Shown one piece after another: positions 8,903 to 18,005 of a DNA stretch of 32,000 bases (position 1 is the first letter of the stretch; every line of letters starts with the position of its first letter). The stretch covers positions 1,744 through 33,743 of the forward strand of contig JBHLRO010000032.1 of NCBI GenBank assembly GCA_048882505.1, given 5' to 3'. The DNA is from Candidatus Thorarchaeota archaeon (lineage in GTDB: Archaea; Asgardarchaeota; Heimdallarchaeia; Hodarchaeales; Hodarchaeaceae). The position numbers and the translations under genes were made by a program. Under the pieces are notes generated by a model. It ran no database searches and had not been told where the DNA came from. It saw nothing but the letters and a program-made list of their open reading frames with translations.

Positions 8903-10240
8903 GTGACTCTTGATCTATTCAAGCAATATGACCACATAGAGGAAGCTCTACAAGAAGGAATAGACCCTGAAGAATATATAATTGGTACTTATATGATTCA
9001 ACTTGGCCCTCGTATGGATCCGTGGTATTTAGGTCGGGCCGCCGCCATGGAACAATCCACTGGAACTTGGGTACCAGTTCCTGCAAATACGCCAGAATTA
9101 CGGGCCAAATACGGGGCGAAAGTGGTCGGAGTTTACGAAGTGCCCTCATATGAGTTTGAAATCCCGAAAAATGTGGAGAGAAGAAATTATATTTATCAAA
9201 TCGCTTTTCCAATGATCAATCAAACCGATCAAATAGGTCTTATGCTGACCGCGACGATTGGAAATATCTCAATGGGAGGTAGGCTTAAGTTATTAGACCT
9301 TCGTTTTCCAAAAAAGTGGATCAAATCATTTAAGGGACCGAAATTCGGAATCGGCGGTTTACGGAAACTTCTGAAAGTTCCTAAGAGACCTCTCCTGAAT
9401 AACATGATTAAACCATGCAGTGGATGGACCCCAGAAGTTGGCGCGGATCTTTTCTATAACGCCGCTTTGGGTGGTTGTGATGTCGTTAAAGATGATGAAT
9501 TAATCGCAGATATGGATTACAATCGTCTTGCGGATCGTGTTCCCCTGTTCATGGAAAAAGTAGACCGGGTACGTGAGGAAACGGGTGAGGAAACTCTTTA
9601 CACCGTGAATATCACGGATAAATTAACTAAGCTTAAGGAAAATGCATTGGTCGTTCAAGAAGCGGGCGGAAATGCCCTAATGGTTAATTATCTGGTAATT
9701 GGATTTCCCGCCTTACGCATGTTGGCAGAAGATCCGGAAATAAAATTACCCATATTAGGGCATATGGATTTTGCGGGTGCCTTTTATGAGAGTCCCTACT
9801 CAGGTGTTTCGAGTTTTTTGATTATGGGCAAGCTTGCTCGCCTTGCGGGGGCCGATATCGTCGTATATCCAGCTCCTTATGGAAAGGCTCCGTTTTTGAA
9901 GGAAAAATATATTGGGATCGCTCGAGCTCTTCGATATCGTATGCATGGTCTAAAGCCAACTCTACCCATGCCCTCTGGCGGCATAACACCTGGTATGGTA
10001 CTTAGAGTGATGAAAGACCTTGGATTTGACATTATGATCGGATCTGGTGGGGGTATTCACGCTCACCCAAACGGCCCAATAGCGGGTGCAAGGGCATTTC
10101 GCCAAGCCATTGACATAGGCATGGTCGAACTGGATGCTGCAATGGAGGATTTCGAAGATTACGTCGAGGAGCATGAGGAAGAATACCCAGAACTAAGCGT
10201 TGCTATGGAAACATGGGGAGTCTCTGATACACGTTTATGA
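8903..10240 (+). CDS. RuBisCO-like protein (form IV, RLP)
   Basis: EQSTGTW, MIKPCSG, GGCDVVKDDE, GHMDFAGA, YGK, PSGG, GGGIHAHPNG. The residues equivalent to K177, R295 and H327 of true RuBisCO are substituted. Confidence 0.9.
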   Translation: MTLDLFKQYDHIEEALQEGIDPEEYIIGTYMIQLGPRMDPWYLGRAAAMEQSTGTWVPVPANTPELRAKYGAKVVGVYEVPSYEFEIPKNVERRNYIYQIAFPMINQTDQIGLMLTATIGNISMGGRLKLLDLRFPKKWIKSFKGPKFGIGGLRKLLKVPKRPLLNNMIKPCSGWTPEVGADLFYNAALGGCDVVKDDELIADMDYNRLADRVPLFMEKVDRVREETGEETLYTVNITDKLTKLKENALVVQEAGGNALMVNYLVIGFPALRMLAEDPEIKLPILGHMDFAGAFYESPYSGVSSFLIMGKLARLAGADIVVYPAPYGKAPFLKEKYIGIARALRYRMHGLKPTLPMPSGGITPGMVLRVMKDLGFDIMIGSGGGIHAHPNGPIAGARAFRQAIDIGMVELDAAMEDFEDYVEEHEEEYPELSVAMETWGVSDTRL

Positions 10241-10268
10241 GTCCCAGAGGATCTGGTTACTTCTCCTC

Positions 10269-10598
10269 TTATTTTCCGCCTGCTGCTGGAGGAAAAATAG
10301 CAAGAATATCCTTATTGGTGAGTTTACTTTCCGTTCCTTTTATAAACTTAATATTCCTGCCATTTAGTAGAATTACGATTGAATCTTGCAGATTTTCGTG
10401 CTCCTTATCCTGAAAAACTTCGTTACTTATTTTGGGATAGGTCTGGCAAAGAGCCTGTAATACCGAGAGCACTGTAGTATCATGGTCAATCTCTTTTTCA
10501 ATTTCTTTGACCCCTGTCATTTGCCTGAGGGAGGCGAAAAACCTTATTACGACCTTTCCTATTTTCTGAATCGTATCGTCCATTTTCTTTCCGCTCAA
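10269..10598 (-). CDS. MoaD/ThiS/SAMP-family ubiquitin-like (beta-grasp) protein ending ...PPAAGGK
   Basis: IRFFASLRQMTG, ILLNGRNI, ILAIFPPAAGG. The start is TTG 10598 (overlapping the upstream stop) or ATG 10583. Confidence 0.88.
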   Translation of the reverse strand: MSGKKMDDTIQKIGKVVIRFFASLRQMTGVKEIEKEIDHDTTVLSVLQALCQTYPKISNEVFQDKEHENLQDSIVILLNGRNIKFIKGTESKLTNKDILAIFPPAAGGK

Positions 10599-12391
10599 AC
10601 CCTTGCATTATTCCTGCTAAAGATTTGTCGTAAGATTAGAGGTATGTCACGCGGGGTCGTGGCTGGAAAGATTTCCCCACGAGTCTCTTTTGCAATGATT
10701 CCAGCAACAAAATCATTTACCTCAGGCGGCATTGTGATAATCTTTAATCCTGGCAACCGCCATGCAATAACCGAGGGCACCTTTCCTGCATTGACATCGC
10801 AGTCACTCATCAAAAAGGCGGTATATTTACCATGCTTTCGTTCTCCAAGTTCTTCTATAGCAACTTTTAATCCCAGATAGATATTCGTCAATCCCTTTGG
10901 GGTAAGGGAAAATATCTGCTCCACGAGGGTTTCAGGAGATATATCTATATCAAATCGTTTTAAGACGTGACCTTTTGTTCCGAAGTGAATCACAGCAATA
11001 TTCTGAGCCTCAAATATATGTGACACCGTTGCGGCGAGGGCCGCAGCTAGTACTACCTTTTTTCCACTCATCGAGTAACTGGAATCAATGATTAAAAGGG
11101 CGGAATGATCGGCTCGCGCACGATTGAAAACTCTCAGTGCCTCGAATTTTCGTATTGGATTCTCGATCACGGTTTCAATGGTTCCATCAAGATCGAAATC
11201 AAGAAATTGCCTCTTTGGTTTTTCAGAAACATACCGTGGTATATTACGCCGTATACCCAGAAGTTCACTTGTTTCCTGAATAAGTAGTCTTGTGGCCCAT
11301 TGCACCACACGTTTCCGAAGATCGGCTTGTAACTCGAGCAAAACCGACCCAACCATTTCGATCTGGTCAGTACCATGTTCAGGAGCAAAATTATCTATTC
11401 CCTTTCCTTGAAGGTTCCCCTCGGCTTCATCCGTTGTAACAGCAACCTCTTCATCAATTAAGATCGAAGAATCTTCATCGGTCATTTTTTTTTTGAGAAT
11501 CTCCCAATCCTCTAGATCATCTGGAAATGCGAGCTGGTTAGCGTTTAAAATCTGGAGAAGAAGTTCTTCGATGATATCTTCCGCTGAGCGATCGCTGCTC
11601 GGGTCGATCCATATCTTACCTGATAATGCAGCCCACGCGGAGTCACGAAGCACTTCAAATGAGCTACGCTCACTCCCCACCTCCACTAAACTGGAGACTA
11701 TTGTGACAAGATCTATGGCCCCTCGTACAGATGCCCCCTGCTTTATTTCGGGATGTATACGAGTAGCTCGTACTAATTGCACTGCAATTCGAATGAACTG
11801 GGATTGTATTTCAGGATCTGTTTCTCGTCGTACTATCTCCTGTTCTTCAACTTCTGTTTGATAATGCATTTGGATACGGATTAAACGATCAAAAAGGGCC
11901 CGGCTAATCCGCCCTACACCAACATCATCGAAAGGATTTTGGGCCAACACCACTCTGAAATCTCTATGCGCCTTAACCTGGCCGATTCTTGGGACAACGA
12001 GAACATTTTCCTCAATGGCACGAATCAATGTGTTGCTGGCATCTGGTGCCATTCGGTTGAATTCATCCACATAAAAGATCCCACCTTCCTCCATGGCCTT
12101 ATAGAGAGGTCCCTTAATGAAATATTCTGGATGCATTCCGTGCTCCAAAACAAGGGCTGGATCGAAGTTCCCAACAATCTTGGCTGGTGTCAGATCTGCA
12201 TTTCCTTCCATGATATATAAAGGAAGGTTTGAGTTTTCAGAAATTTCTGTTAAAATTGTAGATTTGGAAGTACCCGGGGCTCCCTCTAAAAGAATGTGTT
12301 TTCCCGCGTCTAAACATGCAATGATTAATTCCAATTCTCTCCGTCTACCAACCACCGCCTCTCGAGTGTTTATCAACACATCTCTAAACAA
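10595..12391 (-). CDS. Fused MoxR-type AAA+ ATPase / von Willebrand factor A domain protein
   Basis: Walker A GAPGTSKS, Walker B FYVDEFNR, sensor 1 QNP, ALFDRL, GASVRG, then an acidic linker and a vWA MIDAS (DSSYS...T...SD). Confidence 0.9.
   Translation of the reverse strand: MFRDVLINTREAVVGRRRELELIIACLDAGKHILLEGAPGTSKSTILTEISENSNLPLYIMEGNADLTPAKIVGNFDPALVLEHGMHPEYFIKGPLYKAMEEGGIFYVDEFNRMAPDASNTLIRAIEENVLVVPRIGQVKAHRDFRVVLAQNPFDDVGVGRISRALFDRLIRIQMHYQTEVEEQEIVRRETDPEIQSQFIRIAVQLVRATRIHPEIKQGASVRGAIDLVTIVSSLVEVGSERSSFEVLRDSAWAALSGKIWIDPSSDRSAEDIIEELLLQILNANQLAFPDDLEDWEILKKKMTDEDSSILIDEEVAVTTDEAEGNLQGKGIDNFAPEHGTDQIEMVGSVLLELQADLRKRVVQWATRLLIQETSELLGIRRNIPRYVSEKPKRQFLDFDLDGTIETVIENPIRKFEALRVFNRARADHSALLIIDSSYSMSGKKVVLAAALAATVSHIFEAQNIAVIHFGTKGHVLKRFDIDISPETLVEQIFSLTPKGLTNIYLGLKVAIEELGERKHGKYTAFLMSDCDVNAGKVPSVIAWRLPGLKIITMPPEVNDFVAGIIAKETRGEIFPATTPRDIPLILRQIFSRNNARV
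11485..11494 (-). repeat. A10 homopolymer at the AAA/vWA junction (candidate slippage site)
   Basis: The minus strand reads CTC AAA AAA AAA ATG ACC GAT GA. Both alternative frames stop within 4 codons. Confidence 0.8.
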
Positions 12392-12545
12392 ATGACACCA
12401 CTGGGGTGGGTCTAAGATGAACAGAATATAAAAAAGTAACCTTTCGGGTTTCTTGGGCCAAGAAAAACTCTAATATTGGTTCGAAGCATTGTTATAGGAT
12501 CCTATCTTTAGAGGAATATAATCACAAATCATTGGTGATTTAGGT

Positions 12546-14009
12546 ATGAGTACATATCAGAAACCTGATATCAAAACAGACTTCTCTAACATGCCTGTTT
12601 GGCTCTGGGTAATTATTGCGCTAGGACTGTACCTCTTCGGGGGTTATGCATTTTTTGATGTAATTCTTGATCCGGCAAACGAAGAGATTCTCGCAGCTAT
12701 TGGCCAGACCTTGGCTCTCTTGGTCCCTCTTTCACTGCCATTTCTACCGCTTTTTCTATTGTTTGGAGTGCTATTTCTTATTGTTACATTCATCCTCGCA
12801 TACGTGATTGTATGGATCATGTCAAAACTTGCTCAAGAGGTAACTATGGCTGTCTCTATACTATTTCCGATTGCTCTGATTGCAGTAGGTGGCTTACTAG
12901 CGACTGCAGGAGCCGTTACATCTGATTCTGATACTGCAGGTCTTCTCTTTGTCGGTATATTCATTGCTGGCTTTGGAGTTCTTCTTTTAGCATTTGTTAT
13001 TTGGAAATTCACAGTCATCAAGAGAAGTGGCCAATTTGTGGAATTTTCTGCTCAGTTGGTGCTTGCAGAAAAGGCAGTTTTGGCGATGCCAGTTTTACTC
13101 GGCTTATATTCAATCGTGACCGGCTTTTTCATGCTATTTGGATTTGTTAAGATAGTTACGCTGTTTGCGGTATACAACCCAGACACAATGACCATGGAAT
13201 GGACTGGCCCTGGTATTTTAGCTGCTATTATATTCGAATACGTCTACTTGGTGGTTTATCTTGGCGTATATTACAGCCTTTCCGCAGGAGTTATTTCTTA
13301 TGCAAGCGATTGGTACCGCGGCTTGGATCCTGATCTTAATTCGGCCATGAAAGACGTGAGTCAAACATTACCAGTTATTATCAAATTTGCGTTTGCGATG
13401 GCAACAGTGAAAATCATTATCTCCGCGGTAACACAGAGCGGACGCCAAGCCATGGCTGGTCAACGCGGACAGGACAACATAGGTGCTGCCATAGGCGGCT
13501 TTATTTTTGCGGCGATTGGAGGTTTCTTTATTTCCCTTTTAGGGGCCATCTGGATGTTTTTGAATTACTTTACACTGGTTTCTATTGTTCAAAACAAGCG
13601 GCATCTCACGGATTCCATTAAAGACTCTGCAAAGACAACATGGAACGCACTGCTTGATGTTTTGGTCGGAGAAACAGGATTCGGTCTTACCACATTCATT
13701 TTTGCAATCATCAACAGTATTTTATGGATCGTTACAGGATTTGCCCTCGGCTGGGCCGTTGGCCAGAACATTGGATACGGCATCGTGATAGGATTCATTT
13801 TCTTCATCTTAGGAAGTCTCCCGTATAGTGTCGTGACTATGCCCATGAAAGTCGCTTTTCGCACGTTTATCTATTCGTTTGCGAAAGATACAGTTGAAGG
13901 ATTTGAGAAACCGAGTAGATTGCCTGCTGAACTTCGAGGCGAGCTAAACGAACTCCGTAAAAGAGACGTGAAACGCCGCGGCATGCGTGATCCAAGTCAA
14001 TACTTCTAG
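12546..14009 (+). CDS. Polytopic membrane protein resembling the choline transporter-like (CTL/SLC44/Pns1) or DUF6159 superfamily
   Basis: About 10 hydrophobic segments. AGVISYASDWY, FLNYFTLVSIV...SIKDS and RTFIYSFAKD resemble CTL motifs (by-eye similarity). Confidence 0.5.
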   Translation: MSTYQKPDIKTDFSNMPVWLWVIIALGLYLFGGYAFFDVILDPANEEILAAIGQTLALLVPLSLPFLPLFLLFGVLFLIVTFILAYVIVWIMSKLAQEVTMAVSILFPIALIAVGGLLATAGAVTSDSDTAGLLFVGIFIAGFGVLLLAFVIWKFTVIKRSGQFVEFSAQLVLAEKAVLAMPVLLGLYSIVTGFFMLFGFVKIVTLFAVYNPDTMTMEWTGPGILAAIIFEYVYLVVYLGVYYSLSAGVISYASDWYRGLDPDLNSAMKDVSQTLPVIIKFAFAMATVKIIISAVTQSGRQAMAGQRGQDNIGAAIGGFIFAAIGGFFISLLGAIWMFLNYFTLVSIVQNKRHLTDSIKDSAKTTWNALLDVLVGETGFGLTTFIFAIINSILWIVTGFALGWAVGQNIGYGIVIGFIFFILGSLPYSVVTMPMKVAFRTFIYSFAKDTVEGFEKPSRLPAELRGELNELRKRDVKRRGMRDPSQYF

Positions 14010-14282
14010 ACTTCAATTTCAGCACTTTCTCTCCCTTTCCTTTTTTTTATCGGATACCTATCAACGATATTGTAATAGAGACCTCCGCGACGCGCACGAT
14101 GAGTATATTTGCTCAAGATTGCTGCTCAGATCTGCTGGTTGGCATCTTCACAAGAGAATTCTCGAGTATATGTTAGGTCGCTTAAGACTATCAGGTTTTT
14201 CGGATAGTAGAAAGATCCCAAATCCTTTAGCATGATGCCATTCATTTTCACGAGCTGGATGATTCTTTGATTGAACATTATA

Positions 14283-14885
14283 TCATTCAATTGAAGGCGG
14301 CTTAGCGGCTAATTCCTCAAATTTTATTTCTTCTCCCAAGAGAAGCTGAACTTTCGAGGCCAATCGCGCCACCATTGTTTTGGTATTTCCCTCCTTGTCT
14401 ACGAAGATTAAAAGGGTCGATAAATCGGATCCTGGTGTAATTTGGTAATCCATTTCCAGCTGATAGCGATTCACCATTCCCACCATGTCGAGAGGAATAA
14501 TATGGACTCGAATTGCTTGAACCTGGTTTTTCAAGATCTCTTGTTCTCTGTGCCATCGGAAGAAGGCTGATCCGAATATTATTCTTCCCTCTTTGCCATT
14601 CTTCACCAATGTATATTCCTTCCACCCGAACTCTCGTACTGAAACCAACAGGCAGCCGCCTCCAAACATGAAAACAATAGAAAGGTAAGGAAAAAGTTCA
14701 CTCTGAATAATTCCCAAAGTAAGAAGGGCCCATATTCCACTCGCCGCGGTAAATGTCAGTAATCCCCAAACAAATAGGATTTGGAACATTAAGCCAAGTA
14801 TGAGAAAGAATAACGCGGTTGGCAGGTTCCCACTCTTGATAATCCTGAGTTCCGCTGGATCAGTGTCAAATATTTCAATTGGCAT
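14283..14885 (-). CDS. Hypothetical membrane protein (N-terminal TM helices plus soluble domain)
   Basis: 200-aa ORF 18 nt downstream of the acyl-CoA ligase, probably co-transcribed. Confidence 0.65.
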   Translation of the reverse strand: MPIEIFDTDPAELRIIKSGNLPTALFFLILGLMFQILFVWGLLTFTAASGIWALLTLGIIQSELFPYLSIVFMFGGGCLLVSVREFGWKEYTLVKNGKEGRIIFGSAFFRWHREQEILKNQVQAIRVHIIPLDMVGMVNRYQLEMDYQITPGSDLSTLLIFVDKEGNTKTMVARLASKVQLLLGEEIKFEELAAKPPSIE

Positions 14886-14903
14886 GGATTTCCCACATTC
14901 ATC

Positions 14904-16586
14904 CTATGTATGATGTTTGTTGAGTTCTTCTTCTTTCAACCGTTTCTTGTCCATTTTTAAAATCCTTGTTAATGGAATATCAAACCGAAAATCGATTTGC
15001 CGAGGTACCGCGTAAGGAGGTAGCTTTTCTTTGCAGTATGCGATGATCTCAGCCTCTGAAATCTCCTGTGTATCCTTCGGAACTATTATCGCCTTAACTC
15101 GTTCACTTCCAGGACGTTCTGGATCAGGGATTCCAATAACACCCGCCATTCTTACAGCAGGATGTTCATAGAGGATTTCCTCGATTACTTGAGAATATAC
15201 TTTCATGCCTGATACGTTTACCATATCTTTCATCCTATCAACTATCCAGAAATAGCCATCATCGTCCATTTTGGCGATATCACCAGTTCTAAGCCATCCA
15301 TCACGTTCAAGGCCCCTTCCTGGTTCTGGATAATATCCTTTCATGACTTGAGGCCCTCTAACCCAAATTTCTCCAGGTTCTCCAATATCGACCTCTTCTC
15401 CGGTATCTGGATCTACCAACTTTACCTCAGTATCAGGAATGGGTACTCCGACTGATCCTTCCTTACCTTTAGCAGACATAAATCCTGTAATTTTTGAAAC
15501 TGCAGAGAGATCTACGTGCGTACATGGACTCGTTTCTGTCATGCCATACCCTTCGGCCATAGGAACTCCAACTTTTTCTTTAAATTTCCTTGATATATCA
15601 GGAGCGAGAGGAGCCGCCCCTGAGAAGAATAAGGTCTGAGATCTCTTTAATTCATGACTAAGCAATTCCATATAATGAGTTGGTACCCCGAAAACTCCAA
15701 AAGGCCTCGTATTTCTGATTACGTCAGCGATCATCCCAATGTCCCTCGCATCCATTAGGATAGATCTTAATCCCCAGGATATCGCGGCGTGAAGCACCCA
15801 GTGTCCATATTGATGAAAAATTGGAACACAGATTAAAAACGCTGATTTACCCTTTGCGCCTGCTTCAAGTGGTTTTAAAAACCAGTGAAGTGCTTGAATA
15901 ACATTAGTGGTAATGTTGTAGTGAGTGAGCATGGTTGCTTTAGGTTTTCCAGTAGTTCCACCTGTGAAAGGAAGAAGAGCCAAATCCTGTTCAGGATTAA
16001 CTTTAACAGGACTGAAATTTGAGGAATTTTTAGCAATCAGCTCTTCAAAAGAGAGAACATCGGGAGGAGGTTCCATATCAAGGAGTTTATAATCAGGGAA
16101 AATTGGAACCGGAGTATGAATGACGTGTTCCAGACTCGTTTGATCTTTTATCGATAATGCTCTCTTTAATCGCCTGGAAGAACAGATTAATACTTTGGAT
16201 TTAGAAGTAGCCAATTCATAAGCTAGTTCAGGGGCCTTATGCATTATGCTAAGAGGAACATGGATAGCACCGAGGCCCATGATGGCGTAGTCCGCTATTA
16301 CAAACTGAGGACATGTTGGTAGTACGGTAGCGACCATATCCCCTTTCTGGACATTTAGATTAATCAAGGCGTTAGCGAATTGGTTTACGTGTTCCAAAAG
16401 CTCTGTGTACCCAAGCTCACTGTCTAAATATGCCAAGGCGACATTATCGGGATATTCTTCGGCAGCATCCATCAAGAACTTATATACATTGATTTTAGGA
16501 TATGGGGCCATCGTTTTTTTTAGTTTAAAGGGACCAACAAAGTAACTTTTCTGCCATGGCTTCTCTAGATATGTCATTAATTCCAC
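14904..16586 (-). CDS. fadD: Long-chain fatty-acid--CoA ligase (AMP-binding family)
   Basis: FTGGTTGKPK, EGYGMTETSP, WLRTGDIA, DRMKDMV, PPYAVPR. Confidence 0.9.
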   Translation of the reverse strand: MELMTYLEKPWQKSYFVGPFKLKKTMAPYPKINVYKFLMDAAEEYPDNVALAYLDSELGYTELLEHVNQFANALINLNVQKGDMVATVLPTCPQFVIADYAIMGLGAIHVPLSIMHKAPELAYELATSKSKVLICSSRRLKRALSIKDQTSLEHVIHTPVPIFPDYKLLDMEPPPDVLSFEELIAKNSSNFSPVKVNPEQDLALLPFTGGTTGKPKATMLTHYNITTNVIQALHWFLKPLEAGAKGKSAFLICVPIFHQYGHWVLHAAISWGLRSILMDARDIGMIADVIRNTRPFGVFGVPTHYMELLSHELKRSQTLFFSGAAPLAPDISRKFKEKVGVPMAEGYGMTETSPCTHVDLSAVSKITGFMSAKGKEGSVGVPIPDTEVKLVDPDTGEEVDIGEPGEIWVRGPQVMKGYYPEPGRGLERDGWLRTGDIAKMDDDGYFWIVDRMKDMVNVSGMKVYSQVIEEILYEHPAVRMAGVIGIPDPERPGSERVKAIIVPKDTQEISEAEIIAYCKEKLPPYAVPRQIDFRFDIPLTRILKMDKKRLKEEELNKHHT

Positions 16587-16603
16587 ACAGCAACATAGAC
16601 TCT

Positions 16604-17737
16604 TTAACGTAACCTGTTATACTTTTCCAAGACTTCTTTCAATTCCGAATGCGGAAGAGAATAAACTGTGTTATTATTTATCCCTGTCATTGTTTTTGCA
16701 CTAACTAAAGCGTTAATTATGGCTTCTTCCGTGGCGTCCGCGGCGGCTTTGAATAACGGAGTCATGAGGGGGTCTCTTAGTGTCTTTACCTTGTTTATAG
16801 GATTTTGTTGGCCAGATCTGGTTTTGAGAATGTTTGCTGTCGAGAAAGCAATGAAAATATCACCCGAAAAATGCCCCCCATAACCTCCAACCTTGGCGAT
16901 ACCCGCAGGAATCCTTTTCGCCAAGCGTTTCAACTGATACGGTAACAGCGGAGCATCAGTTGCCAGGACCACAATGATCGAACCAACCGCATTTTCGCTT
17001 TCAAACCTCGGCGTGTTTATTTCAGGTAAGAGATCAGGTAGTTCCTCACCCACTGGAACGCCTGCAATAGTCAAATCTTGACGAAGACCATAGTTACATT
17101 GAGCTAAGACTCCTAACATAAATTTATCCAGTACCCGTCTTGAACTGGTGCCGATCCCCCCTTTGAATTGATGACATACCATGCCTGTTCCACCCCCTAC
17201 GTTTCCTTCCTCTACTTGGCCTGAGGATGCCCCGTTCAAGACTTGAAAAACATGTTCTCTTTTTACGTGAAATCCGTTGATATCATTGAGGATTCCATCG
17301 TAAGTTTCGGCGACAACTGGAAGCCCCCAAAAGAATTCCTCATCCTTACCGAGTAAATTGCGTTTTAGGCCCCATTCAATCACTGCATCTCTCACAGTAC
17401 CGATACTATGGGTATTCGTGATACAGATAGGCCCCTGAAGATGGCCAGTTTCTTCGATCCAAACTGTGCCTGTCATCTCTCCATTTCCGTTGTAAGAATA
17501 AAAAGCAGCGAAAATTTCCGTCGAAGTTCTACCCAGAGGAAAGATACCTGTCACGCCTGTCCGAATTGGTCCTTGGCCCACAATAAGTTTGCCATCGCCT
17601 TTAATTAACGTGCAATGGCCTACTTCTACCCCCTGCACATCAGTTATTGCATTCAGCTTTCCTGGTGTACCCCCAAAGGGGATACCTAATTGTCTGGCTC
17701 GCATGTTTGCCGAAGAGAGTTTGAGTTTTTTTAGCAT
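16604..17737 (-). CDS. dmpA: DmpA-like L-aminopeptidase/D-esterase (P1/S58 family)
   Basis: NAITDVQGVEVGH, EGNVGGGTGM, GGIGTSSR, autocleavage site GSIIVVLATDAPL, GDIFIAFSTAN. The start is probably ATG 17737 or 17704, not 17848. Confidence 0.9.
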   Translation of the reverse strand: MLKKLKLSSANMRARQLGIPFGGTPGKLNAITDVQGVEVGHCTLIKGDGKLIVGQGPIRTGVTGIFPLGRTSTEIFAAFYSYNGNGEMTGTVWIEETGHLQGPICITNTHSIGTVRDAVIEWGLKRNLLGKDEEFFWGLPVVAETYDGILNDINGFHVKREHVFQVLNGASSGQVEEGNVGGGTGMVCHQFKGGIGTSSRRVLDKFMLGVLAQCNYGLRQDLTIAGVPVGEELPDLLPEINTPRFESENAVGSIIVVLATDAPLLPYQLKRLAKRIPAGIAKVGGYGGHFSGDIFIAFSTANILKTRSGQQNPINKVKTLRDPLMTPLFKAAADATEEAIINALVSAKTMTGINNNTVYSLPHSELKEVLEKYNRLR

Positions 17738-18005
17738 TAGGTAGGCCTGAAAAAGAATAGATAGCCAAGAGAATCTGAAATCGTAGTAATCGATCCTACT
17801 AATGTCAGCTATCTCTGTAACTAGTAGCCATAGGGGATATGTATTCAAGACAAAAAAATCGGGAGAAAATCGAAGAAAATCAAGCCATATCTCATTGAGA
17901 AGCCTCTGTTGGCTTTATCAAGGATAAAAATGTCTTTTTTTCCCCTTATTCCACGTACATCCGGTTTTCGTCCCTAAACCAGACCCAGTCGGCACGTCCC
18001 AGGTG

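Noticed and set aside
8890-8913. Tiny uORF MVFCCDS overlapping the RLP start
   Set aside because: Only 7 codons, and its GGTG doubles as the RLP SD; likely chance.
8903-10240. True carboxylating RuBisCO (form III)
   Set aside because: The K177, R295 and H327 equivalents are substituted, which is diagnostic of an RLP.
13987-14235. 82-aa ORF after the CTL-like gene
   Set aside because: It spans a T-rich terminator-like tract in a convergent gap and has no motifs.
16513-16521. A8 run (minus strand) near the start of the acyl-CoA ligase
   Set aside because: It is not at a domain boundary, and slippage would give only a short peptide; no functional rationale.
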